Shown: positions 43,713 to 62,231 of the stretch, in pieces
How positions within the stretch are numbered: the first letter of the stretch is position 1
Layout of the letters: the number at the start of each line of letters is the position of its first letter
NCBI GenBank assembly: GCA_964016885.1
Contig: OZ024743.1
Span: forward strand, 77,934,001 to 77,998,000
Source of the DNA: Eledone cirrhosa
Taxonomy: Eukaryota
Length of the DNA stretch: 64,000 nucleotides
Direction: 5' to 3'
Notes under the pieces: model-generated
What the model saw: only the letters and a program-made list of their open reading frames with translations
Databases searched by the model: none
Told to the model about the DNA's origin: nothing
Position numbers and translations under genes: made by a program

Positions 43713-44350
43713 ATTAAAATAACAGATTAAAGTTTAAGCAAAGAATCGCTGCTTTCACCCTTAACGAGATCTTCTGAAACGAAAAAAAAATCAATCTGTG
43801 AACGCAGAAATAAATATTTCGAAAAACGTTGCAACCGACGGAAAACAGGAAGACGATACTTAGATTCGTGAAGACGTTCCCTGGCGATGAACGGAAAAGG
43901 CGAAGATAATACGTCGTTAGTGGAGCGCTGAGAACAATTACACGCAAAACCAAAACCACGTTTATGGTATAAACGAAGTCGTTGACTAATATTCTATTTA
44001 AGAAACCGAATGATTCTTGGCTTCAGAGTTAAGAATAATTGTTTCTACGTTTGGTAGAAGGCCAGCAATTATCCAGTGCATTACTGGTACTTTATTTTAT
44101 CGACCCCGTAAGCATAAAAGGCAAAGTTAACCCCGGCGGGATTTGATAAGAATAATGTAAATAAATTAGTAGAACGAAAATAACAGAGTTATTAAAATCA
44201 ATAATAATTAAATACTTATATACACGCATCTAATACGTACATACACGTGCATACGCGAACACACCCGCCATGAATGTATATACATGCAGGTACACATAAA
44301 CACGCTGCTCCACTAACGACGTATTATCTTCGGTTTTTTCCGTTCATCAC
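43713..44350 (-). mobile_element. pLTR-like repeat with a variant hammerhead at 43723-43798; matching copy at 61795-62105(+), partial copies at 10235-10350 and 25636-25697
   Basis: About 300 bp of similarity in inverted orientation. Internal inversion 44306-44350 vs 43885-43927; ends in (TA)n. Confidence 0.65.
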
Positions 44351-44395
44351 CATATATATATATATGTGTGTGCCTGTATATATGTATATATATGT

Positions 44396-44486
<91 letters not shown>

Positions 44487-44488
<2 letters not shown>

Positions 44489-44925
44489 TTTCTTGGTGAG
44501 GAGGGCGACTTTATCGGGAGAGATGACCCCTTAACCTTTGTCAAGGCAGAATTCTAGGAGAAGGAAATCTCTGATATAACACCTGCAACCCTGATGGTAT
44601 CCAATGATGTTGACTTGTTCTTCTTTTTGGTAAATATCATCTTGATTACGAGAGTGGGACTGGCTTTGTGCAGTGCCTTTGCTCACTATAAAAGCTTCAC
44701 GGCACAGGCATTGCTTTATATCTGGAGATCTCTCTGCACTTGTCGTCACATGGTACCATGGGCCCAGCACTATGTGTCAATAATTGTCACAAGTGTAGTG
44801 TTTGTACCAGAGTTTTCAAGTCGCTGGCTGGACTAAAAAGCCACACTCGTTCAGCGCATCGGTAGGGGTTCTCCTACATGGATATAAAGTAGTGGCCGTA
44901 CTCGAAAACGAGTTGGCAGCCACCA
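44487..44925 (+). mobile_element. Short RTE-like remnant between (TA)n tracts, ending in a C2H2-like motif
   Basis: 3' translation HKCSVCTRVFKSLAGLKSHTRSAHR* followed by a short 3' end. Confidence 0.5.
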
Positions 44926-44994
44926 TATATATATATATGTATATATATATATATGTATATGTGAATGTTGATATATAAGTTTGTGCGTATAGCC

Positions 44995-45051
<57 letters not shown>

Positions 45052-45057
<6 letters not shown>

Positions 45058-45536
45058 ATTAAATAAATGGAAAACTATATTTATAAAACCATATTTATTT
45101 CATTATATATATTTCGGGGATATCATATTAACAATATGCTATGCCTTCATCAGACAAAATACAATATAAACAGTTTTATAGATAAATATATTCGACATAC
45201 CGTAATAAACATCGACTTCATTTGAAGAGGTTTACGCTAGCAGTGAAAATACAGAGAGAGAGAGAAAGAAAGAGAGAAAAAAAGAGAGAAAAAAAAGAGG
45301 GAAAAAAAAGAAAGAAAGACAAAACGAAGAAAAGGAAGAAAAAGAAGAAAAGAAAAAGAAGAAATGCATGGAACAAAATAGAGAGATGGAAAAATAGATA
45401 AAGCGAAGAGCTTCATGTAAAGAGACAGAAAGAAATATATATATATATAGAGAGAGGAAATAGAGATAGATACATATATATATATAGAAAATTAGGTAGT
45501 GGGAGGTCTTTTTGAGTAAGTGTATCAATGATACAT

Positions 45537-45571
<35 letters not shown>

Positions 45572-48500
45572 GCTCAAGTATTAATGTAAGGGAGATATAT
45601 AGAGAGATATAGAGAGATATATAGAGAGAAAAAAATTTAAAAATAGCCAGACATATTCGAGGCGTAGAAAACCCTATGTTTTAATGTATTAGTATTTATA
45701 AAACTTACACTACATTGTAAATATCAGTATTCCTGAATGAAACAAGTATTCACAATGTGTGAAAATTCATTATCTTATGTTTAGTTTTAAAAAATTCATA
45801 TGTTTATGTGACAGCTACAAACATCAATGTGAATCCAACTGATTCACTCTGCAAACTCTAGGTTACCGGAAAAACATTCTCAATGTGGTATAAAAATTTG
45901 AGCGTATTATTATTCTTGCGATTACTCTACAAGATTATCTATCAAGCAGAAATAGAGAGCAGATTTCAATATACTAATCAAAAATATATATTATATTAAT
46001 ATAACTAATAGATAAATCTGACTCTTTTATAACGAGAATCAGGTGGCGTGCATTCCACTTTGATAAATCTAATGCAGACGAAAATATCTCGGACTTAAAC
46101 AAAGTTTTCAAATCTAAAAGAAATCCACCCCCTAACAAACTTTTATCTGACTTTGAAAACGATATAATTTCTATCATACAAGGGGTCAAATTCAAGAGAA
46201 ACTTTAAAGGCCAGGAATATCTGAAAGGCATTAAGGATAACATTGAGAGCTTAGAGAAAACTGAGAAGATCTTGGTGAAATCTGACAAGACCAACAACCT
46301 CTATGGAGTGCGGAAAGACATGTATAATGGCCTCATACTGAAAGAGCTGAGGAAAAAATACAAGGTAGCAGATAAGGCCGAACTAGAGAAAATGAATGTT
46401 GAAGCATCTTGTATAATGCATGAGTTGGAAATTGAGAACAGAACACAACCTTTCGTGCCCAGGAAACCGAAGATCAATATGAAGGACCACAAGAGGAATT
46501 TTGAAAATGACCTGCCAGTTAGATTGATCGCACCTTCAAAATCGGAGCTGGGCAAATTAAGCAAAAACATTCTTGACAGGGTGATACAGCAAATTAAGAA
46601 CTTGGATTGTGTATCTAACCTGAGCTTGTGGAAGGGAACTGGAGAGGTTGTTGAGTGGTTTAGGCAAATTAAATATAACAATAATAATAGGTTTATTCAA
46701 CTTGATATAGCTAACTATTATTCTTCTATTACCCCTAGTCTACTAAATAAGGCACTAAATTACGCATTCAAACATACGGACCTAACTAGCAAAGAAATGC
46801 ATATTATATTATCGGCTAGGAAAACTTTGATAGAATTTAATGACAAATTATGGACCAGAGCAGATAGAGATAGCAATTTTGACATAACTATGGGATCTTC
46901 CGACTCAGCTCAGGTAACTGACCTTGTGGGCTTATTTTTAATCAACTCGCTACATAGGAAAATACCTGGTACTACCGGAGGTTTATATAGGGATGACATG
47001 CTTTTACTTATTAATAATAATAACCCTGAACTAAATAGAAAATGTAAACAAATTACAAAATTTTTTAATTACTTTAACCTTAAAATAGAAATTGAGAACA
47101 ACCATAGAATAGTCAATTTCCTAGATATAACATTAAATCTCAACACATGTCTCCACTATCCTTTTCACAAGTTGAATGAAAACTTAAACTATGTCAACTT
47201 TAACTCTAACCACCCCAGATCTGTCAAAAACACTATAGTAAACTCAGTCCAAAAACGTATCTCTAGGATCTCGTCGAATAGAAAGATTTTTGACGAAAAG
47301 GCCCAGTACTATAATGATGCACTAGCTAGGGCAGGGTATGCTGATAAGATTGTGTACATAGATAATGATAGACAAACTAAACAAAGTAACAAATTTGGTT
47401 TGCCCCCCCTTTCTCACTAAACATTAAAACCCACATCGCTAAATTATTTTTCAAAGCTCTTGATAATCGCTTCCCTAGAGCACATAGGTATCACTCAATC
47501 TTCAATAGGCATACAATTAAATTAACCTACTCATCCACCAAAAATTTAGCACAAAATATTAATAGAATAAATAATAGGAACTTAAAACCTACTGATCATA
47601 GCATAAATAATATACAAGTTAACAAATGTAACTGTAGAGATAGATCTAAATGTCCGTTAAATAACAACTGCTTAGTTAAAAATATAGTATACAATTGTAA
47701 TGTTAATACTGACTCTAATTCTTTTAACTACGTCGGTTCCACATCGACGGAATTTAAACTTCGCTATAATAACCACAAGAATTCTTTCACAGATCCAAAT
47801 AAAAAATCTTCAACGGCACTATCAGGCGTACTCTGGCAACTTAAGCTAGATAACGTTAGATATTCGACGGCTTGGAATATAGTCTCAAGAGGGATTCCTT
47901 TTAATTCATCCTCTGAGACATGTGACCTCTGCGCAGAGGAGATATTCTTTATACTAAAATCTAAAAATTCCCTTAACCTACGGACAAATTTATTCAGTTG
48001 TTGCAAACATAGATTAAACTCAACGTTTAAATATAAATTTAAATTTAAAATGTAGTATATTTAGTTTGATTTATATTTATATGAGAACTAGCCGATAAAT
48101 TTTTTTGATTCCTAAATTTTTGATTCCCTCTTTTTACTCTTTTTATTGTTTATTTTATTTTATTTATTTTTATTTTTATCTAAACATTCCTCATGAAAAA
48201 TTAAGCTACCCTAAAAGCCGATGCTCCAAATTTTTTGAATTAACCTTACACTAGATAAACTTCTATATTAAATATAGGAACATATGTAGACATAATTGGA
48301 CATCATAATCTTTTTGAGATGTTCTTTGCTAGATGTGATTTGATAGATAATTTTTGGCTTTGTCTTGTAATGAACTTGGCAATATATTGTCAATTAACTT
48401 TGAAGGGTTGTTCTTTGTGGTTTATTTTTATTTTTATTTTTATTTTTATTTTTATTTTTATTTTTATTTTTATTTTTATTTTTATTTTTATTTTTATTTT

Positions 48501-49207
48501 TATTTTTATTTTTATTTTTATTTTTATTTTTATTTTTATTCTTTTAGTATTGTAGTATTCTATAATATTTTTTATTTTTTATTTTTATTTTATTTTTAAT
48601 ATGTTTAATTATCTTTAATATGTAAATTTTTAATACGTAATATTTTTTAATACGTAGTATTTTTAATATGCAATATTTTTATTATGTAATATTCTTTCGT
48701 AATATTTTTTTAGTTTTTCTATTCTATATTTTTACTTATTATTATTATTATTGTTATCTTTTTATTTTTAGTTTTGTTTATAATATAATATATATTTTTG
48801 ATTAGTATATTGAAATCTGCTCTCTATTTCTGCTTGATAGATAATCTTGTAGAGTAATCGCAAGAATAATAATACGCTCAAATTTTTATACCACATTGAG
48901 AATGTTTTTCCGGTAACCTAGAGTTTGCAGAGTGAATCAGTTGGATTCACATTGATGTTTGTAGCTGTCACATAAACATATGAATTTTTTAAAACTAAAC
49001 ATAAGATAATGAATTTTCACACATTGTGAATACTTATTTCATTCAGGAATACTGATATTTACAATGTAGTGTAAGTTTTATAAATACTAATACATTAAAA
49101 CATAGGGTTTTCTACGCCTCGAATATGTCTGGCTATTTTTAAATTTTTTTCTCTCTCTATATCTCTCTATATCTCTCTATATATCTCCCTTACATTAATA
49201 CTTGAGC

Positions 49208-49242
<35 letters not shown>

Positions 49243-49811
49243 ATGTATCATTGATACACTTACTCAAAAAGACCTCCCACTACCTAATTTTCTATATATA
49301 TATATGTATCTATCTCTATTTCCTCTCTCTCTCTATATATATATTTCTTTCTGTCTTTTTACATGAAGCTCTTCGCTTTATCTATTTTTCCATCTCTCTA
49401 TTTTGTTCCATGCATTTCTTCTTTTTCTTTTCTTCTTTTTCTTCCTTTTCTTCGTTTTGTCTTTCTTTCTTTTTTTTCCCTCTTTTTTTTTTTCTCTTTT
49501 TTTCTCTCTTTCTTTCTCTCTCTCTGTATTTTCACTGCTAGCGTAAACCTCTTCAAATGAAGTTGATGTTTATTACGGTATGTCGAATATATTTATCTAT
49601 AAAACTGTTTATATTGTATTTTGTCTGATGAAGGCATAGCATATTGTTAATATGATATCCCCGAAATATATATAATGAAATAAATATGGTTTTATAAATA
49701 TAGTTTTCCATTTATTTAATATTGTAAATATACTCCAAATATTTGTCGAGTGCTTTTATATCAGTTATAAATATTTACTAGTTGTAACCCAACAATTTTA
49801 AATATAACTTT

Positions 49812-49815
<4 letters not shown>
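45052..49815 (+). mobile_element. Naiad-type Penelope-like element with about 945-bp inverted pLTRs, in (TA)n
   Basis: Inverted repeat 45052-45998 vs 48780-49726. RT ORF about 46004-47420 (KSDKTNN, QLDI..YY, MGS, LYRDD, NFLD). Frameshift near 47390, then IWFAPPF, CNCR..CP...C, IVY...YVG, CDLC and LN.R....CKH to the stop near 48054. Confidence 0.93.
49617..49682 (+). ncRNA. Type I hammerhead in the Naiad pLTR (matching inverted copy at 45096-45161, minus strand)
   Basis: tattttgt-CTGATGA-a-gg...catatt/aatatg...cc-GAAA-tatata-TA-atgaaata, with a palindromic stem III. Confidence 0.65.
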
Positions 49816-49873
<58 letters not shown>

Positions 49874-50398
49874 GGGCGTCATATCCGAGAGACAAGCGCC
49901 ATATCCACTATAGAATATGCTCAAAGATTCCAATGAATAGATCCGAGCATTTTATATCAACTAGAAATTGATTGACATATATATATCTAAAATAAACACA
50001 TGAAACAATCACAGGGGAAAATTTGTAAAGTGTGTGAGCACACACAGCTAGGTAGGTAACTAATTAAAGTTTAACTAGAAATTCAAATTTAGATAACCTT
50101 TTAAAATGATTAATCTTCCTTGTATATATTTCATTAAAGAAATATATTTCACCATTAATCGGTAAATCACAGTAGTCAAATTACGTATTTTCAACAAGGG
50201 AGAAGATTTAACTATCTGTGTTTAAACAGCAAATGCAAATCTGCGAATGACCCATAGCAAGTGTTGCATTTTTTAAAAAATACACACATCGTACCAGCGT
50301 CATCCCAGTGGCATGAATAGGATTATCGACAGCTAGAAATAGCAGCCGAGTCCTTTCAACTGAGTTAACTCTACAATTAGGAGGCCGTATATATATCC

Positions 50399-50487
<89 letters not shown>

Positions 50488-50638
50488 CTTATATATTTGA
50501 TATATATTTATCCTTATGGAGTCCTCTTTGGATTTATTATTATTCACATTTATTATTATTACTATATATATATATATATATATAGATATATATATAGATA
50601 TATAATAAATAGATATATATATAATATATAATATATAT

Positions 50639-55957
<5,319 letters not shown>

Positions 55958-55974
55958 AGTATATATATTTTGTT

Positions 55975-57325
55975 TCTAGGGTGGGTAAAATTCCCGAGAT
56001 CCATGGACGAGTTCTCTCCAGCGGTCTCTGTCCTTCATTATCGCTGCCATATCCTGCGTCTCCAACAGACTAGTGTCTGTCCTTATAGCATCAACATACG
56101 TTAACCTTGGTCTTCCTCTTCCAGTGTGTTCATGTAGGGGCTCCCACAGGAGCACTGAGTGCAATGTCAACTCTGGATACTGGTGAGCATGTCCAGCTAA
56201 CCTCAGTCTCCTCTGTGTCACTTTTGAGCTGACTTTTGGGAGGCTTCCATACAGCTTTGAGTTTTTTCATCCTCAGAGTATACTGATTAATGTTCAGAGC
56301 CATCATTAGCATTCTCGTGTAGCACCCATCCATCATCTGAGTGAGTTTCTTGGTCAGTGTCCAAGTCTCAGACCCGTACAGCAGCACAGACTCCACTACA
56401 GCAATGAAGAGGTGGATTTTCAGGTCTTTACGTAGGTCTGAATTCCACACCGATCTCAAGCTGTGGAACGCCGCCCAGGCTTTGCTCTTCCTCTCAACCA
56501 CATCATCATCCGTATTCCCAATCTTTGCTCCCAAATACAGGAAGACCTCAACCAATTCTAGCGGCTTCCCGCCTACATTAGTGATCCCATCTGGCTTCTC
56601 AACATTCTCTACCAGATATTTTGTTTTAGTCTCATTCATTCTCAGCCCCACACTCATCGACACGGTCTCAACCTCCTGCATCAAATCCTCTGCCTCCTTC
56701 ACTGTATTTGTCACCAAAACTATGTCGTCGGCAAATTCAGCAGCCGATATATTTTTCGCCTTAACTCTCCTGCTCTGAGCCGGTGCTACAGTAAAGCCAG
56801 AGTCTTGGTGTTTGTTCAGTGCAAGGCGCATACAATAGTCCACTACGATGATGAAAAGGTAGGGAGCCAATGTATCTCCCTGGAGCACTCCAGCCAGTAT
56901 CTCAAAGAACTCTGTCACCCATCCCATCAGGTGTAATGACTTGGGCTTTGGTGTTGGTGTAGAGCAGTGATATCAGGTCCACTATCTTCTTCGGGATTCC
57001 ATAAGCCTGTAAGATCTTCATCAGGCAGTAACGGTCCACAGAATCAAAGGCCTTCCTAAAGTAAATGAAAACCATGACCGCAGGAAGGCACTTTGCTCTA
57101 GCTCCCTCTAATATCCTCCTCAGCATCAGGATGTGACTGGTTGTTAATCTTCCCTCTCTGAAGCCATTCTGGTTGTCCCTGAGCTTCTTCTCCATCTCAG
57201 GCTGGATCCTGTTAAGAATCATCCTGTTGAGGGTCTTTGCCACAAGTGACGTCAGTGAGATCCCCCTGTAGTTGTTGGTGTTAGAGAGATCTCCCTTCTT
57301 TGGCACTGGGACGATGTTACTGATA
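55975..57325 (-). mobile_element. RTE-clade LINE, 5'-truncated RT and 3' end
   Basis: NYRGISL, KAFDSV, GVLQGDTLAP, FADD and RRLRLAGH motifs. Confidence 0.9.
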
Positions 57326-57326
57326 T

Positions 57327-57357
<31 letters not shown>

Positions 57358-60300
57358 CTAGAAATCTAGCTCGGCGTTGCTCGGGTTTGTTCATTTGCTA
57401 TGAAAAGTTATATACAGGTAAACATGGCTTGAAAGCGAATAAGCTTATCAATTAAGTGCATAAGCAGTTGAACCGGTTATTAAATGTTACGAACCAATTA
57501 GCATTTTCGACAATCAATGATCGGTTAATAATCTTCCAATAGCGAATTTAGTAAACCAAAGTTGCAAGATCGTGGCCCTGATGCCGCTGGGTGTCAGATC
57601 TGTCCGCCATGGGTGACCCTACCAGGAAATAGTTTTCCAGACAGCATAGCTCCAACACCTCCAACACCTGCACCAACATCTATAGCACCTCTTTGTAGAC
57701 GATATTGCGTGTCATCCCTTCAGCAAAAAGTCCATTCCTGCTCCCTACGCGGGAACAGGAAACATAAAGTTGGCCATGGGAGAAGCATGGCTCCCACAAA
57801 TGGATGCCCGCCACCAACAATGTTTGCCCTTGTGACTTGTTAATGGACATGGCAAAACATGGTCTCACGGGGAATTGGGATCGCCGGAAATCGAACGGGA
57901 TATCTGACGCCGAGGGGAAAAGGTTCATCCTTGGAATGAAAACATTCTCCCCTCTCCCGCACCCCGTTACAATGGTGGCCTCAATCAAGTGGGGCGTCAG
58001 TGACTTGACGACCATGCGAGTACCGTTGCACTGCTTTGGTGGACGCAAGTTCCTTATTAGCATAATGGGAGAGCCAACCCGAAGTTTAAGAATGTGAGGT
58101 GGGAGCCCTGGGGTCTCAAGGGAATTTAATAACTCAACCCGATAATTAACGATATCGTCGGTGTCTGACGTCCGGTCGATAGATTTGAAAATGTGCTCTT
58201 TACCGGGAATCTTCTCAATCAGCTGCTCGTTAATAAAATGAACGATAGTATTTTTCGGAACAAGTATGGCTCTTTCGCCGAGCCAATCGAGGTTTTTAAA
58301 ATTAGATGAGACATTAGGAAAAACTGCTTTCCAAAGATTAGAAGGGCTGCTCACAATGTTGCACAGGGAGTCGATTGCTATGCCACCCTTGTCATCCGCA
58401 GGGACCTTGCCATCACTAGGTGCTTAAATGTTCTGAGCAAATGCTGCAGACATGTTGTCACCATGCAAATGAGCACGCATATTTGTGCTCAGGTAAACAT
58501 TTTTCACCTGGAGCCACAACATGGACGACTTAAGACAGGCACGCACTTCATCAGCTCTTGTCCCTTTGGGGATGACAGGCAGCGTTTGCCGAAAATCCCC
58601 TGATAGCAGAAGGGTTACGCCACCCATAGGAGCCGTAGAATCCCTTATGTCTTTCGGGGTGCCGTCCAATGCCTCAAGGGCACCCTTGTGTGCCATTGTG
58701 CACTCATCCCAAACAATGAGGCAACATTTTTTGAGAACCAAAGCTTCGTGTGAACTCTTGCTGATATTGCATGTTGGTGTCTCAGTTTTTACTAAATCCG
58801 AGGGGAGTTTAAAGGTTGAATGTGCTGTCCTGCAAAGTAGCAGCGATCCCGGACGATGCAAAGTCCAACGCAATTTTTTCTCCTGACGAATCTTAGCGAG
58901 AATCAATTTCGTTACAAAAGTTTTTCTGGTACCCCCAGGAGCATCGAGAAAGTAAATACCCAATGATAGTTAAATAGGCCAACCTTTGGTCCGACAGAAG
59001 TTTGGGATCATTTTCTTCTAAGTATTGGGAAAGAGATTCGATGTCATATGCTGTTTCCCGTAACAAATCCGGGGCGAACGTGTTAGCTTCCACTCTGACG
59101 GTTGACGGCAAGCCATACGTCGCCAACTAACTCCCACCCATGTCGAGGAGGGCGTCCTCGATATCAACGAGTGCCCTGTTGTAGATAATGTCGCTGTAAC
59201 CAACTTCCACTGAAGGATACTGCAGATGAGCCAGGCGTAGGAAGTCCTCAGGCATAAAGTCTCTGTACTTGACCCATAAAGATTTGGGATCACCCAATTC
59301 ACACTTTTGAAGCAAAATGGCAAAGAGTTCCCGTAGACCTTTAGGTGATTTCAACAAAGCACTCTCTGCTAAAGTGGAATCCCATTGCGAATCATCTTCC
59401 AAAAGACCACGCTTAAAGCAGACTTCCCGGTACGTATCACATATTTCTCCATCAACAGTTTTGAGGTCCTGAAAACTTTGTGGGCATACAACTTCATGCA
59501 GAAGAAGGCGGAGATGAAAGCATTCATGCTGACTTGTGGGCACAGTGTAAACCATTCCAAGACAGCTGTCAAATTTTGCACCAGGATGTCTTTCAACAGC
59601 CTGACCTGACTTTCTTCGCACCCAAGTGTTTTTCGACCATATAAAGCAGGATGGAACCTGGGGGTACACAATTGTTTGCACAAATGTATCGAACTGGCAA
59701 AGTTTGAAGAAACCCGTCAGAGTGGTCTCTTTCTGATCAGCGGCCAACTTGGCGGCGGTTTGGTCCGTAAAGTAAACCCTTTGCCCATTTTCAAAATATA
59801 CTACAAGCTGTACGATGGCGGGGTGCGGTTGGTGTAGGGGTAAACCAATAGGCGCCAAAAAGCTTCATTGCTACTGATGTACGGCCCCGTCAGGCATTCT
59901 GTGACCTCGTCCCTGCTATTTTCAGCTTGAAATGCGAACATTGCGGCATCAGAGCCCTTATTTACATATTTGCATATGTATTTTATTTACTTGATGGAGT
60001 TGCAAAACTCAACGTTGATGTGGGCAGTAAGGGACCACCCATCTATTGTCGACTTGACCTCCCTTTACTGTTGTGATGAAGCCACCGTTCTCGGGCCGTC
60101 TCCGCCTGTACAGGGGTACCCGTCGCCACCAGTCTGAGTCTGGTCAACAAATGTTTTGGGGTATCCCTTACTGCACGACCCCCCTTTCAGACACGTGTGA
60201 TGCTCATTAGGACCCGACGCACACGGACCATGTTAGCTTTGACGATATCATGTAATTCCTGGTCAGTTGCTGGGTTAGGGTTTTCAGCCGAAATGAAGCT

Positions 60301-61020
60301 GTCTATGGTATTTGAATTGATTTTATCAACTAACCAAATCAAAATGTGAGCATGTGGCAGCCCTCGTTTTTGCCATTCGACGGTGAACATGTCACATTTT
60401 ACAGCCCCAAATACCTGACCCTTTTTGATTAAAGCCATGAGTTTAGCCAGTTTCAGTCTGAACACTCTGGCAATGAGGTCATGTCTGTTCGAAAAATTTT
60501 GCCCAGGAAAAAGTTCACGGGTTACATTCCGATTCATATGTCTATAGCATTAATCTATTATATGAAGTGTTATTTTGCGGGTTGCTATTTGCAATAAGCC
60601 GATTGAAAATGCCCAAGATAAGCCGTATGTCAATACGGAGCGCTCAATACGGAACGCTCCACTGCAGTGTTGTCATATAGGGAGTGAAGAGCGACAGAGA
60701 GAGTAAAGCAATTAAATTATAAAGAGAGGGAATATACGGAACGCTCCATTTGATCATACACATTCTTTCTCTCTTTGCAGTGTTGTCATATAGGGAGTGA
60801 AGAGCGACAGAAAGAGTAAAGCATTTAAATTATAGAGAGGGGGAATGATCATGATCGATTTTTGCCCTTATTTTTGATGGATTTGACATTTTTTTGCTTC
60901 ATGATCTTTTCCTGACCAAAAGTAATAATTGTCCCGACTTTGAATAGAATCCGTTGGAAATTATGGACGTGAATCCGTTACAAACCTTAACACACACATC
61001 CTCAGATTTATATATATAGA
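57358..61020 (-). mobile_element. Helitron with decayed Rep-Pif1 helicase
   Basis: A|TCTATATATA 5' end; 3' hairpin cccgagcaacgccgag followed by CTAG|T. Rep motifs VEWQKRGLPHAH and ICKYVNKG; helicase motifs DAPGGT, WDE, GDFRQTLPV, NKSQGQT and HGQLYV. Confidence 0.93.
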
Positions 61021-61022
61021 TT

Positions 61023-61722
61023 TCTATATATTAGTTTTTTTTCAACAACGTCAGTATTCCGTGTGTCATAATTCTTGATTATCATTGGTTCATAGGTTTC
61101 AAAGGACTCCGCCCACCTCAACGACGCCAAACTTAAATTAATATGCATAATGCCAATGAGGGAGTGAGAAGGGAGAGTAAGAAACAGAGAGGCAAAGTGA
61201 ACGCTGTAACTATTACCATGTGTGCGTGTGTATGTACGTGCGCGAATGTTTAAAATTCGAATGAAGAAAAACGGGCCGAACAGCGCCATCGGAACGCCGA
61301 ACTTCAGAGGCGAAGACGTGCCGCCATGAATGAAGAGGAGCTGGCTGAACAACACCAACGAAACACTGGAGCCAAGCAGCGACGGCGTGCTGCGAAGGTT
61401 GAAGACGAACTGGCTGAGCATCATCTTTTACAACCACGTCTATGCAATGATACACGTTTTACAGTCAGGCATAAGATGAACCATCTCCTAGAGGTCACTA
61501 TTCTAGGTGGGAGCACCTAGAATTGTTCATATACTATGCACAAACAGTACAACGAAGAATCTGGTATATCTGGAAATTTTTTTTTACTGTTTTCTGTATC
61601 ACATAGACACCACGGACTCGCCTCATACTGTAACCAGACAAACATCCAATACAGTCATTTTCTCTTTTACCTATCTTCTCTTACCATCTGTTTACCCGGG
61701 CGAAGCTGGGTACGTCAGCTAG
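61023..61722 (+). mobile_element. Short non-autonomous Helitron
   Basis: TCTATATATT start; 3' cccgggcgaagctggg-tacgtcag-CTAG|T; charged-repeat remnant ORF 61326-61520. Confidence 0.65.
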
Positions 61723-62121
61723 TATATATAATATTCGTTCTACTAATTTATCATTTTCGTTTTACTAATTTATTTACATTATTCTTAACTCTCAAGCCGA
61801 GAATCATTCAGTTTCCTAAATAGAATATTAGTCTAACAACTCTATTTATACCATAAACGTGGTTTTGTCTTTGCGTGTAATTGTTCTCAACGCTCCACTA
61901 ACGACGTAATATCTTCGCTTTTTCCGTTCATCGACAGGGAACGTTTCCACGAACCAAAGTATCGTCTTTCTGTTTTCTTTCGGTTGCAACGTTTTTGAAA
62001 TATTTAATTGTGCTTTCACAGATTGATTTTTTTAGTTTCAGAAGATCTCGTTAAGGGTAAAAGCAGCAATTCTTTGCTTAAACTTTAATCTGTTATTTTA
62101 ATAAATATTATATATATATTA

Positions 62122-62223
<102 letters not shown>

Positions 62224-62231
62224 TAATATAC

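Noticed and set aside
43713-44020. Segmental inverted duplication with 61795-62105
   Set aside because: The similarity is limited to a dispersed repeat also present at 10235 and 25636; the flanks differ.
47390-48054. Selenocysteine recoding in the Naiad-type element
   Set aside because: No in-frame TGA at the conserved Cys positions; the ORF break is a frameshift.
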